Source: Octopus vulgaris (lineage: Eukaryota). From it: 64,000 nt of DNA. Every line of letters begins with the position of its first letter. The first letter of the stretch is position 1. The stretch lies in NCBI GenBank assembly GCA_951406725.2, contig OX597817.1:60264001-60328000 (forward strand), given 5' to 3'. The notes beneath the pieces were generated by a model. That model made no database searches. It worked only from the letters and a program-made list of their open reading frames with translations, and was not told the DNA's origin. Below are positions 14,600 through 27,460 of this stretch, piece after piece. The position numbers and the translations under genes were made by a program.

Positions 14600-15110
14600 T
14601 TTCTTTGTCCTCGGGATTATCCTCCCGATGGATTTCATTATAGAGTGTCCTAGCTACAACGTCGTGTCTCATCGGTAGTTAATACCGTGATGACATTTTC
14701 GGACAACTGCTTACCATGTGCGTGATATCTTCAGTGTGAACTCCACATCGGTTGTCAGATTTTACTGCTTTTTCTGCAACTCTACCTTTTTTGTGCATCA
14801 GGTACTTGGTTGATATTTCCTGTTCCTGGATTGCAAACACATATCCTTCAATATGGGAGGTAGTAATACTGCTATTCGTCCACGATAAACTGCTTTGATG
14901 ATCGATGTTACTATCATCTCAGAGCTTTCTACTAACATATCCACGCATAGTCTTCTGCTCTTATAGGCTCATCCTTTCATCTGATGATACGTTGCAGTAG
15001 AGTCATGCGACTACCTTGGGCGTGTACTCTAGGTTATCAGACAAAGAGTGTTGCTCAAGGAGCTGCCTTCCAAGTCTTATGATGTTATCAGCCTCATGTA
15101 TGCAAACATC
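14600..15110 (-). mobile_element. Second R4/Dong-type RLE LINE relic (thumb to CCHC region)
   Basis: Minus strand reads SLSWTNSSITTSHIEGYVFAIQEQEISTKYLMHK and then, after frameshifts, EDITHMVSSCPKMSSRY*LPMRHDVVARTLYNEI. Confidence 0.8.
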
Positions 15111-15440
15111 GATCCCAGCACTTGATTGGTACTTTACCTCATTGATCTCGTAAAGATACAAGGGCAAAGTTGACTGTAAGCGGCATTTGAATCCAGAAAG
15201 TAAAAAAATAAAAAACCAAGACTGGAAGAAATAAATGTTGCAAGGTTTCTGTTTTCCAGCTTCCTTAATCTATCCGTCCATTCAGATGACGATTTCAAAA
15301 TTTAGCAAAAGGTCAGCATTTCGGAGGGAAAGGAGAAAGCGATTACGGTGACCCCCTCGGCACAATTTGAACTTAGAAAGTAAGGACCCGGAAGGAATAC
15401 TGCTAAGCATTTTCCCGAGACACGCAAACGCTCCGCCAGA
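15110..15440 (-). mobile_element. Two degraded SINE family A copies
   Basis: The motifs ggtacttt...gggcaaagttgac...atttgaa and atttgaacttagaaagtaa...gctaagcattt. Confidence 0.6.
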
Positions 15441-16715
15441 TCTGACTGTGCAAATCTATGATTAAAAGCATTCCACCCGTGACTATCTCGTCTTACTTTC
15501 TTTGTGCAAGGAGGTGCTCAAGCTCACACCATTTAATATATCCTTTCCTAAAACAATTGGGTATGATTTGAGGGCAATTGGCTGTTATTTCTAGCGGATT
15601 GATTGACCACATACATGTTTCTTAGCGGTTATTAGTGAAGGCGTTGGTGATGATGGTGGTGGGGGTTGCGGTGATGTTGGTGGCGGAGAAAAAAAAAGAG
15701 GACAAAGAAAAGATCAGGAAACTGAATCAGTGACGAAATTGAGGGCGCGGTAGTGGTGGGAATGATGGGGGATTGGGGTGGATGTCGCGCATAGGGTGGG
15801 GTGGTGAGGTTGATTGGGGTATCGGGTGGCAGTGTTCGTGTCGAATTATGAAAGGAGAGTGCTTGTGAAGGTGCGGCGGATAGAGTGGTAGTTGTAGGAG
15901 TAGTAGTAGAGGTGATGGTGGTGGTGGTAGTGGTGGCATGGGAGGGTCGTATGTTAATGTTGTTGTTGGAAAGCATGGGTGAATACCCGCGGTGCTGATG
16001 TCGGGTGGTGGTAGTGTGTTAGTCTTGGGTAATGTCACTCCTGTGGTGGTGGTGGTGGCGACGGTCGGGGTGGTTGTGAGCTGTGGGGGGTGGTTGTGGG
16101 GTGCGTGATAGGGGTAAGTAGGTTACTTACGGGTAATGATGCGGGGAGCTGGGGATTGCGGTAAGATGATGGACAACAGATTTGATAGAAATCGGGTATC
16201 ATGGTGGTGTTACGACACAGTGCAATGGAGCAGAAATAAAAGATATTGAAGAAAAGGATGATGTTGATGGAATGGCGGAGACGTGTGGGGGAAGCTGGTC
16301 ATAAGGAAAATGGTGGCGATGAAGACGAAAGTGGAGTTGGAGTCGATTTGGTATGGAATGTCAGAAAACGAGAAGAACATGACCCCCAACTCTTCGTCAT
16401 TGATTCAGACGGCATCCAAGTAGACCCTTAAGGTTTATTTAAACATTATGCCAATAATGAATACACACACGCGCGCTGGTTCTATTTAACTTTATCATTA
16501 TTATTGCTCAATTAACTGATCGATGGCTTGATTAATCTTCGATCAGTCCTTTCGTCGCCATTCGTGACCTCACCAATAACATGCTCTCTCTGCAGAATTT
16601 ATATTGAAGTATACAGGAGAGTGGTGTAGTTCTGTACAGTGTAGAAGGCATTATTGGGATATGATGTGTCAACGAATGACCTTCTACGTGGTCGTTCGAC
16701 CTACTATAAATAGTA

Positions 16716-16911
16716 TAAATGCGTAGCCGTATTTCGTCTGCCGTTACGTTCTGGGTTCAAATTCCGCCGAGGTCGACTTTGCCTTTCATCCTTTCGGAGT
16801 CGATAAATTAAGTACCAGTTACGCACTGGGGTCGATGTAATCGACTTAATCCATTTGTCTGTCCTTGTTTGTCCCCCCTATGTTTAGCCCCTTGTGGGTA
16901 GTAAAGAAATA
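16716..16911 (+). mobile_element. Young 5'-truncated SINE family A with 11-bp TSD
   Basis: Well-preserved body (gttcaaattccgccgaggtcgactttgcc...). tataaatagta is duplicated at 16705-16715 and 16912-16922. Confidence 0.9.
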
Positions 16912-17317
16912 TATAAATAGTAGCTTCAGGCAGAGGCAGTTCTTGGTTTTTCTTGGTATATTATGGCTGACGGTGGCCGAAAATGGCAAAACACTCGTGG
17001 CCTCTATCTTAAAATAGCCTAGTTTTTAACCTTTGCATTGAGCAATTTCAATTCAGTAATCTTTAAAATGTACTTTTATTCCGCATCTCTGTTGTGTTTA
17101 CAAGGATTTCGGCAGCGGAAATACTGAAGTGTGAATCTAGTGATTATAGTTTTAAAAGCCCATAACTTCGAAACTACTGCAACTAGAAAGCTGCAATTAC
17201 AGATATACCATTTCTGCATTGCATTTAGTCAGCAAACCAAGTTTGGTAAAAACTTGAATGGACGTTATGAACCCGCCTAGAATTTTGCATGATTTGGGCC
17301 AAAAGTGGTGATCGATT

Positions 17318-17471
17318 CGCTAGCCACTACACATTCTTTATTTTCTCTCCTTTCTGAGGAAGAGTGTAGGCTCGAAACGTTAAAGACTTTTTCACTTCCC
17401 GAGCGTTAAACTAATACATCTGTTTGTTGTCTACACTACCTGTCTTCGTCTTTTGTTTTTTTACGAATTCT

Positions 17472-17474
<3 letters not shown>
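17318..17474 (+). mobile_element. Short hammerhead-containing repeat (copy 1; second copy at 29345-29487)
   Basis: Shares ttattttctctc...gaagag.gtagg..cgaaacgt.aaag...ctaatac...acctgtcttcgtcttt with 29345-29487 and ends in (TA)n. Confidence 0.75.
17350..17385 (+). ncRNA. Minimal type I hammerhead ribozyme
   Basis: Stem I cttt/aaag; CUGAGGA 17354-17360 plus an extra A; stem II gagt-gtag-gctc; GAAA 17374-17377; palindromic AACGUU stem III with a GUU triplet. Confidence 0.7.
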
Positions 17475-17552
<78 letters not shown>

Positions 17553-17578
17553 TGCAGAAGCTAGGAATCATGGCATCA

Positions 17579-17614
<36 letters not shown>

Positions 17615-18521
17615 TGTATGTATGTATGTATGTATGTATGTATGTATGTATGTATGTATGTATGTGCATGTGTTTGTATGTGCATTCTATCATGCTATGT
17701 CACTTCCAGCATGAACATTCTCTTGGAAATGGTTTAAATGATAATGAAAGAATAAAATATGTTTCCCGTATATCTTTTGTACATTAGCAAAAACAAAACA
17801 AAGACTTCCAAGACAAACCATTGCATTCTGCATGATTTGTTCGTATTCTTTTTATTTGCAATACATCCTCTTGTAACAATATCCCCCTTCTTCTATCTCC
17901 TGCGATAGGAGAGGCACGGGACAAGGGGAAGAACCTACTTCTCCTCTTCTAATTACAAACAACGATACATAATGTGTTAACGACACACAGTCTTAACCTT
18001 CGCTCTCACCCGTTTCTTCCTCTTCCCCGAGTTTCTTTTTTCTTTTCCTCTTTTTCTTTATCTTCTTCTTCATCCTTTTATCTTTCTGAATTTTTTCTCA
18101 TCTCTTCGCATACAATAATTATTTTTATAGACATTTTGTGCTGTATTTTATTAATCACCGTATTTCATACATCATGCATAACATCTTACACACACACACA
18201 CGCACACACACAAATACGCACACATTTTTCTATGTAATTTTCTATATATTTTCCTCAATTTTCTTTATACAGTTTTTCATATCTACACCCGCAATTTCAA
18301 AAACGTGCGCGCACGCGTAGATTGTTTGAAATGGTGTAGAGATTTTATAAGTATAAAAGAGAAAAAGGAGATGGGCAGAATTTTGGATAACTATTTATTT
18401 ACTGCTTTCACCTCATCTCGAAGAATTATCAGAACCAATTTTACAGAAAATTTATGCCTTTAATATGTGTGTGTTAGTTGAAATAAATATGGAGTTGAAT
18501 GGGGAAGAGAATGTTCTTTTG

Positions 18522-18750
18522 TTTACTCTTACTCTTTTACTTGTTTCAGTCATTTGACTCTTACTCTTTTACTTGTTTCAGTCATTTGACTGCGGCCATG
18601 CTGGAGCACTGCCTTTAGTCGAGCAAATCGACCCCGGGACTTATTCTTTGTAAGCCCAGTACTTATTCTATCGGTCTCTTTTGCTGAACCGCTAAGTGAC
18701 GGGGACGTAAACACACCAGCATCGGTTGTCAAGCAATGCTAGGGGGACAA

Positions 18751-18789
<39 letters not shown>

Positions 18790-18978
18790 TACACACACAC
18801 ATATATATACATATATACGACAGGCTTCTTTCAGTTTCCGTCTACTAAATCCACTCACAAGGCATTGGTCGGCCCGGGGCTATAGCAGAAGACACTTGCC
18901 CAAGATGCCACGCAGTGGGACTGAACCCGGAATCATGTGGTTGGTTAGCAAGCTACTTACCACACAGTCACTCCTGCG

Positions 18979-18980
<2 letters not shown>
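18522..18980 (-). mobile_element. Full-length tRNA-derived SINE family B with internal microsatellite and duplicated 3' tail
   Basis: Head ggcgcaggagtgactgtgtggtaag...gggttcagtcc, CORE-like cttgggcaagtgtctt, internal (TA/TG)n, and tail gctccagcatggccgcagtcaaatgactgaaacaagtaaaagag. The last ~34 nt occur twice. Confidence 0.9.
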
Positions 18981-19036
<56 letters not shown>

Positions 19037-19291
19037 GTATATATATGTGTGTGTGCGTGGAATTTTTGAGGGCTTGACTATAGGGAAAAAAAGAAAGAAA
19101 GAAAGAAAGGACGAAATTTGGTAGATGAGTGAAGGGTGATCAGAACTTTATTGAATATCATTTGTAGATCATCATTTGATTTCTTACCAAAAAAAAAAAA
19201 AAATGCGGAAGCGTTTCTACTTTTCAACGACATATTTCTCGCAATTTTTGTCAAAAGTTTTCTATACTCACCCCTTTGTTGTTTTGTAAAG

Positions 19292-19493
19292 GCCCCATAA
19301 CCAAGTTAGCATTCGAAGGTGCAAATTTGGTCCCTCCAAGCCGCTGTCGAATATTCTTTTCATTTCTCTATTTCTTTTTTAGGACAAGAAATTTTAAAGA
19401 ACACTCCACTCGTATTAAGCAACTGTATGCCTACTTTTGCCACCACCCTCTGTTTGCAACACAGTCTTCGCGTTCACATGTTTACAAATAAAC
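19292..19493. repeat. ~200-bp segment duplicated in inverted orientation at 25036-25242
   Basis: Near-identical reverse complement that includes a Tc1/mariner-like TIR (ggcaaaagtaggcatacagttg). Confidence 0.85.
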
Positions 19494-19639
19494 ATTTACG
19501 TATAAACGTTCGTGTAATTCTGTTCTCTTAAACACTGTTTTTTCATATAGTTAATGATTTTTAATTTAAGAAAGCCCTTCTTCAAATATTGTGACTGCAT
19601 CAAGAATTCTTTGTAAAACAGTTACATATGTGTGTGTGT

Positions 19640-19737
<98 letters not shown>

Positions 19738-20184
19738 GTGTGTGTGTGTGTGTGTGTATTACTATATCACTGTGTCCACCAGACTATCGGATGTTGTTAT
19801 GCATCGCTGGTCTCAGTGTCCTATTCATATACATATATGTACATATATACACACACGCATATAATATGCATATCAAGTAACTTTGACAACATTCCACCGA
19901 TATGTACACCATTTATGCTTATTCAATTTCTCCAAATCTGTCAACAAAATCCTGCTTCTGTTGCCATTCAACAGAGAGACACCATCATCAGATTTCATAA
20001 ACGGCAGACGACAGGAAATGATAGCATGTCACCTGCTGAGAAGAGACTCTCTATGAATGAAACACAGCGTCTCCATCATGTATCATGAACTACAGAACAG
20101 CAAGGACACCCCTTGGGATGAAAAACAAAACCCGTCAAAGGGTGTATGAACTCAAACGAACCAACAGCCATCCATTACTGTGTA

Positions 20185-20610
20185 TTGCGGCCATGATGGG
20201 GCACCGCCTTAAAGGGTTTTAATGGAAGAAATCAACCCCAGGGCTCATGTTCTTTTAAAGTCTTCTACTAACTCTGTTGGTCTCTCTCTTACGCGAACCG
20301 CTAAGTTATGAGGACAAAAACAAACCAACACCACTTGTCAAGTGGTGTGTGTGTGTGAGACAAACACAGACACACATAGACGAATATATACATATGAGTG
20401 TGCATATGTGTCTGCATGTGTATGTATGTATGTATGTATGTATGTACATGGGAATCCATATAATTTTCGAATCTATCAAATTCCCTCACAAGGTATTGGT
20501 TGGCCCAGGGTCAGAGTAGAAGAAACTTGCCCAAGGTGTTGCGTAGTGTGACTGAACTTGAAACGACAGGATTGTAAAACGAGCTTCTTCCCTATACAGC
20601 TATGTCTACG
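20185..20610 (-). mobile_element. SINE family B, degraded
   Basis: tgcggccatgatggggcaccgcc...gaaccgctaagtta...ctcacaaggtattggttggccc. Confidence 0.8.
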
Positions 20611-21035
20611 TATTCACGCCATATTGTATGCACATTTCCATGGGTATCCCAAAACATATAGGCGAAAGAAGATTCCATTAAACTCTGCAGTGCTTGTAGA
20701 CTCTCACCGTTTTATTTGATTGTTCTCAGATGAATGGCTTCAAACATTTTCAGGCCGAGACTGCACAAATAATTGTCACTATAAGCTTAAACGTGTTGGA
20801 TCCTTTTTATGATATTTCTTTTTCAAGTATAAGATCCACGCCATCCAACAGCGTTGAAGGGCATCGGATGAACAGACCAGTTAAATTGCTCGGGTTTAGG
20901 TATTATTCTCTTGGGGGATAAGAACTAGGAATTTTTTGGAATGTTTGCACCTCCACTTTCAGTTGAACACTGGAGTCAATGTAATCGACTTCCACCTCCC
21001 CTAATAACTACTGGCTTTCTGCCCAAATTTGAAAC

Positions 21036-21107
<72 letters not shown>

Positions 21108-21255
21108 TTTTTATCACAAGTTTTGTTGGAGCTCCTGGAGTCTTGCATGCATGGCGGGCTTACTACCTGCAGCCTACGGTACCATTCTATTCATTCTCTT
21201 CAGCTAATACTTTCCTGATTCTTCTGACTGTGCCGGGCTATTATTATTATTATTA

Positions 21256-21289
<34 letters not shown>

Positions 21290-21292
<3 letters not shown>

Positions 21293-21515
21293 AGCTGGCA
21301 GAATCGTTGTTAGCGCGCCCGCCGAAATACTTAACTGAATTTCTTCCGGTTTGACGTTCTGAGTTTAATTGCCGCCCAGGTACGAGACAGACTTTGCTTT
21401 TCATTCTTTGGGGTCGACAAGACAAATCCTAGACAAGTACTCGAATCGATGGAATCGGCAAACCACTCTCTTCCTCCAAAATTTCGGGCCTTGTGCTTAT
21501 ACTAGAATGAATTAT
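21290..21515 (+). mobile_element. SINE family A in a (TAT)n tract
   Basis: agctggcagaatcgttg...acgttctgagtt...ggccttgtgcttatactagaa. Confidence 0.75.
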
Positions 21516-21769
21516 TGTTAACCAATTAGCTAATTAATGAGTCGATAACTTGATTAATAGTGCGATCACTCACTCACTCACTCACTCACTCACTCAATCA
21601 ATCAATCAATCATATTTGGTGAGGATCGCCATTCACGGCCCCTTACCCTGCGTCTGTCTCTTTGAAGATATTCTACGCTTTCAATATGATGTCTGTCTGC
21701 GTGTGTATTGCATGTATGTGAACCTTATTTTCTGCTGCTGTATCTGTTGTTTTAATACCTAACGAAGCT

Positions 21770-22570
21770 GGCGTAGGCGTGGCTGTGTGTTGAAGAAGCT
21801 TGCTTCCCAACCATGTGGTCTTGAGTTCAGTTCCACTGCGCTCACCTTGCGCGAGTGTTTTCTACTCTAGCCTTATGAATGGATTTGTTAGACGGAAACT
21901 GAAAGAAGCCCGTCGTACATACCTACCCACCCACCACATATGTATATATATCCATGTATGTCTTTGCATTTGTGTTTGCCCCCCGCTACCATTTGACAAC
22001 CAGTGCGGGTTTGTTTATGTCTCCTTAACTTAGCGGTTCGGCAAAAGAAATCGTGTGCCAGACTAAAAAAAAATTGTTCTGGGTCGATTTGTTTGAAGGG
22101 GATGGACAGCATGGTCGCAATCCAATGACTGAAACAAGCAACAGGTCGAAAATTTATATGTTTCTTCAAGTTTGTACCTTTTACTTGTTTCAGTCATTGG
22201 ACTGCGGCCATGCTGGAGCACTGATTTGAAGAGTTTTTAGTCGAGAAAACTGACATCAGGACTTATTTTGTAAACCTGGTACGTATTCTATTGATCTTTC
22301 TTGCCGAAACGCTAAGGTACGGGGACGTAATCAAACCAGCAATGGTTGTCAAGTGGTTTCAGTAGGGACAAAGACGCGCATAAACACACACACACATGCG
22401 CGCGCATGCGCTGGCTTTCCACTGTGTTTCCGCCTACCAAATCCACTCATAATGTATTGATCGACCCGGGGATATAATAGAAGACACTTACCTGTGGTGC
22501 CGCGGAGTGGGACTGAAACCGAAACGACCTGGTTGCAAAGAGAGCTCCTTACTCTCACAGCTGTATCTGC
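21770..22570. mobile_element. Two SINE family B copies, tail-to-tail (+ 21770-22145, - 22176-22570)
   Basis: Family B head, body and tail motifs occur on opposite strands. Confidence 0.8.
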
Positions 22571-22779
22571 TGTTATGAGCACGTGCATCATCGTATCTCA
22601 TTATATTGTTTTACCCTGGTATGCATCGGCGCTGATCTTAAATATTTTACCAAAATAATTTGGTAATTTATTGCCTATGAACCCAGAAGGCGGCATTGCC
22701 CTTCTTCGTTGTCAGGATGTCAGAAGTCTGTGATAGTATAACTATTTTAATACTCTTTGAGTTCTTATTGCCATTTTCT

Positions 22780-23290
22780 GGAGTCTTTCAGTGGCATTTA
22801 ATTCCTTTGTGCTTGTATTTCTCTTGCTAGAATATCCTAATTTAGACGTAGCTACAGAAGGAGAAACACAAAAAATATTTTTACATTCACATCAGGGAAT
22901 TCAATACATCTTTTTATAGCACGGATAACTTTTAAAAGTCATAATTAGATTAACTTGTTGGGTCCACCTAAGTTTGTTGTGTATTTCTGTCCCTCAGAAG
23001 GGTTGATGGATGATATGCAGTACTGATATTCCATCTTCTGTCTATTATAAGGCTGCAGTTTATTTCAATGGAAACTCGTAATATCAATAATATGATTACT
23101 GTAGTTAGTAGAGCTATAATATGTTTAATTATCTAAAGCTAGTTTCTTGGATTATAGGCAGTCAGTTATGCTGTTTAGTTCGCTGTTCAGTTTATTTCAA
23201 AAGGTATTTGTATTTCAATGGTATTATAAGTGAGGGATGTATTTGCATGGTCTGTGAAGTGTAGCTGGTTTAGATTAATGGATATATAGC
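22780..23290 (-). mobile_element. Highly decayed CR1/L2/Crack-type LINE RT C-terminal relic
   Basis: Minus strand pieces read FTDHANTSL, NSELNSITDCL*SKKLAL and EIHNKLRWTQQV, resembling FADD...LN....WL..NKL.LN and FLG..ID.KL.W..H. Confidence 0.45.
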
Positions 23291-23297
23291 CTAAGTA

Positions 23298-23523
23298 TTA
23301 ACCATTGGTTTCCATGATCGTGAGATTGTGGTTTCGATTCCTGGACCGAGCGACGCGTTGTGCTCTTGAGCAAAACACTTCATTTCACGTTGCTCCAGTC
23401 CACTCGGCTGGCAAAAGTGAGTAATGCTGTGATGGACTGGCGTCCCATTCAGATGGGGAACACATACGCCACGGAAACCGGGAAACCGGGGCCATGAGCC
23501 TGGCTTGGCTTTAAAAGGGCGCA
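23298..23523 (+). mobile_element. SINE family C
   Basis: gtttcgattcctggaccg...cttgagcaaaacacttcatttcacgttgctccagtccactc...gatggactggcgtccc...ggaaaccgg. Confidence 0.8.
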
Positions 23524-23619
23524 TTTATTTTTATTTATTAATCCTTGGTAGTAACTAGTCATTATATTAACTGTTGGTGATATTTCTCTTTTCATATCCA
23601 TGTTCTGGCTCATCCTATA

Positions 23620-23900
23620 TACGAGGGTGAGTCAAAAAGTAATGCCATTTTGTTTAGAACAGGTATTATTACCAACATGTATCATACATCAAAATGAAGC
23701 TGGTCCGCTGTGGATCACATCCCTACTCCTCAACATAGTCACCGTTTCTCTCAATAGCAATGTTTCACCTTCGAATGAGAGCATGTATCCCTGCCCCGTA
23801 AAATTCTGTTGACTGTTCTTTGGGCCACTTCTTCACTACAGTTTTCACTTCCTCGTCACTGGAATAATGTTTGCCTCTCAAACCCCCTTTCATGGGACCG
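23620..23900 (-). mobile_element. Mariner transposon 3' end (transposase C-terminus plus TIR)
   Basis: Minus strand reads GPMKGGLRGKHYSSDEEVKTVVKKW..QSTEFYGAGIHALIRR*NIAIERNGDYVEE*. Terminus is TA-cgagggtgagtcaaaaagt. Confidence 0.85.
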
Positions 23901-24189
23901 AAGAGATGATTGTCCAGTGACAATGATAGTGCAGTCGACCTTGGCGGAATTTGAACTCAGAACACAGAGACAGACGAAAACAAGACTATATATTGGCAAT
24001 AGAACATCTGTTTTGTAGGAGGAAGGCGGATAATCGATTAAATGTATCCCCCAGTGTTTACAATACAGAAATATTTTCCTTCAGTTGTAGGTCTCATAGG
24101 GTCAGATACTCGGTTTCAATGGCATGAGATTGACCGAGGTTACAATATTCCTTCTGAACAGGACTTCGGTCTGTTGCAGGGTTTAACGC

Positions 24190-24376
24190 CAGCAATTTTG
24201 AAGGGAGGGGCAAGTCGATTACACCGACCGCAGTGCTCAGCTGGTACTTTATCAACCCCGGAAGAATGAATGGTGCACTTGATCTCGGTGGTATTGGAAC
24301 TCAGAACGCAAAGTACCGGAGAAATGACGTTTAGCATTTTATCTGACACTCTAAGAATTCTGCCAGCTCGCCTCCC
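24190..24376 (-). mobile_element. SINE family A
   Basis: ctggtactttatcaaccccg...gaactcagaacg...ttctgccagctcgcc. Confidence 0.75.
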
Positions 24377-24540
24377 CGGTAGTATCTACTATAATAATAC
24401 TTTTGTGTTTTTATCGGTCACAACATATGAATGAGAAAGGAAGGGGTGATAGATGAATAAGGAAGGAAGGGATCATGGCAAACTGGTAGTGGGATGATGG
24501 AAATTCTACGGTGAAAAAAAATCAAACAGCGTTTTAACTC

Positions 24541-24597
<57 letters not shown>

Positions 24598-25977
24598 AAT
24601 GGAAGTGGGATGGTAAACATTCAGCGCTGAAAAGAAAAATCAAACAGCGTTTCAACTCTGCGTGAGTATTTGTGTGTATGTGTGTGCGTATACAAGGGAA
24701 GTATGAGAATGTTTGTAGGTGTGAACCAGCGTTCCTTCAGTAACAAACGATGATCGATGTCACATCTAAAAAGACAATCACTACACAACACTGACAAACG
24801 TATTAATTTGATTTACCATCTATATTCTGCTTCGTTAAAAATAATTATTACAGTCACACACACCTAAACACCTACATATACAAACTCATTACAGAAAATA
24901 ATTATTGCCTGAGTGTATCAAGAATATAAAACGACTGCAGTTGAAAAGTATATTATAAATACACAATTAACAGTTCATACATATGCCTGAACCCGGAACC
25001 ATGTGGTTGGTAAACAAGCTACTTACCACACAGCCGTTTATTTGTAAACATGTGAACGCGAAGACTGTGTTGCAAACAGGGGGGTGGGGGCGGGCAAAAG
25101 TAGGCATACAGTTGCTTAATACGAGTGGAGTGTTCTTTAAAATTTATTGTCCTAAAAAAGAAATAGAGAAATGAAAAGAATATTCGACAGCGGGTTGGAG
25201 GGTCCAAATTTGCACCTTCGAATGCTAACTTGGTTATGGGGCATTGAGAAATTTATTTACTAAATTTTGAATAGGGAGTTTTTACAACATCATCTATATA
25301 AGTCAGGGACTGCTTTTTGTGGCTTTAAGTCGTATGAGTTTATGTTGGTTTCCAGTAATGGAGAGCGTAACTGAAAGGAAACAATCGCTTGAAAAAAAGT
25401 TGGTATTTACTTGCCGTATTTAGCCACGGTCAGCTATATGTGGCCTGAAATCGTACAAGAAGGAAGGAAAACTTTAAAATTCTTTTGAAGGAAACAAGCA
25501 GTCAAGGGACGTTAGTTGCGGATAGATTTTTCACAAAAAAATTTGGTAATAAAAGTATTATTAAACTAGAAACTTGGTTTTGTACCTCATCTATATATTT
25601 ATAAAATACTACTATTAGCTGTCATTTTTGACGGCATGGGACCAGCTAGTCTTATGATAATTCTGCTTATACTTGCGTTACTTAGCCTGTCGGTAACGCT
25701 TTCACGTGATTAGAGAAAAAGAGAGACAAAGAGGGAGAGGGAGAGAGAAGCATCCATGACATGAGGTAGAGGGAATGTAAGTGCAACGCTTTGACATGAT
25801 TAGTTGAATGGAAAGAGAGGAGAAAGTAAAAGGAGAGAGAAAAAGAGGATAAGGCAAAGGGGGAGAAAGAGGAGAGTGAGAGAGAAAAATATGGAGAGAG
25901 AAAAGCTTCCATGACTTGAGTTAGGGAGAACGTAATAATTTTAGCAAAAGGGTGATGTTCTGATGGTGAAGTTAAAG

Positions 25978-26033
<56 letters not shown>

Positions 26034-26544
26034 AGGGGGAACAGATGATGATGGTGGTGGTGGTGGAGATGGAGGTGGTGGTGATGGTAATTGGATAGTA
26101 AAAAGTGTATTTTTCTTTTAATTGAATTAATTTTTTTATATCACGTATCACTTAACGCATGCGCACAAGTGCAATTCCGTGAAATATTCACGCATACTAA
26201 TGTGGCAGATATATGCAATTTTACTAAAGGTTGTATCATATGCACGGGATATGTTTTTTTTTGTTTATGGGGAAAATGGATAAAGAAGAGTGAATCTTTA
26301 TTTTATGAGTGCTGTGTATTAAGTCTATAAACTTGTGCATAAAGTAAATAAGGTGTATTAAATAATGATCTTATTCCAATTTCCTTCACTTTTCAATGAA
26401 TTGCAGATGAGTGACTGTCTTTCCATGCAGACACAACACAGGTTACGCTTTCAGGTTTTTGGGATAAAGTTTTCAGAAATAACCCGATAGGTTTTCCATT
26501 AATTCCGTTAAATATTTCCGGGTTCCGCTAGTAATATAAATATT

Positions 26545-26765
26545 CCTTCTACTATATGTACAAGGCCTGAAATTTTGAGAGGAGAGAGGTTCGTCAATTA
26601 CATCGACCCAGTACTTGACTGGTACTTTATTTTTTTTGATCTCGGAAAGATGAAAAGTCAAGTCGACCTCTGCAGAATTTGAACTCAGAACGTAAAGAAC
26701 CGAAACAAATGCCGCTAAACATTTTTATCCGATGCGCTAACGATTCTACAAGTTCGCTACCTTGG
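26545..26765 (-). mobile_element. SINE family A, near full length
   Basis: caaggcctgaaattt...catcgaccccagtacttgactggtac...gaatttgaactcagaacg...gctaacgattct. Confidence 0.85.
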
Positions 26766-26824
26766 CGGTATAACATAATACAATATTCATACCAACTGAT
26801 TAGCAGAATTCCTAATTGAAGTCT

Positions 26825-27460
26825 CATTAAATCTTCCGTATTTTCTAGTTATCGTCTGCCTTTCATTTTATTTAACGCCGATTCACCCTCGTACAGCCAA
26901 TAATTAATCACTGAGATGTTTTTTTTTGAAATGTAAGACCGTTAGATTTTCCTTTATGTAAATGTTATTGTTGTTTCTTTCTCTTAAATTTTGCTAGTTT
27001 CAAAGAACTTGTTGGTTATTCCTGTAGTTTGTAAAGCTAAACTGTGACTATTAACGTTGTTGTTATTATTATTATTATTATTTTTTTAATATATTTTTCG
27101 CTGTTTCATTTTCCCAGTCCACGGCGTTGAAATCGGCTGTTATCGCCTGTGTTAATATTACATTTTAATCTTTCGCCAAATCTTTAACAACTTGGTCCGT
27201 ATTCTCTTCTCTCCACGCCTAATACCAGAAAAAGAATTTCTGACGTTTGTCGAGTGCCAAAGAGCGTTCTTAGATTTTTGAAGATCTGCTTTGAGGCGAT
27301 TCTATTTCGTCATCCATTTTAAATATAATTTATTTCTTCTTATCGCCTGTATAATTTATTTCTTCTTATCTTTGTAGCATTTCGTCGAATTTCTTTTCTA
27401 ATGTTTGTTCTGGAGACTGATATAAACCCGGTTCTTCGTATCTTGCTGGCGTTCAGTAAC
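26825..27460 (-). mobile_element. Decayed CR1/L2-type LINE ORF1 relic
   Basis: Minus strand pieces read EENTDQVVKDLAK, FTNYRN.QQVL, IYIKENLT, W..EG and ENTEDL, the usual RRM-CTD layout of these ORF1 proteins. Confidence 0.55.

Noticed and set aside
19870-20930. Possible LINE RT N-terminal relics at 19870-20170 (+) and 20600-20930 (-)
   Set aside because: Too degraded to assign with confidence; needs tBLASTn or a profile HMM.
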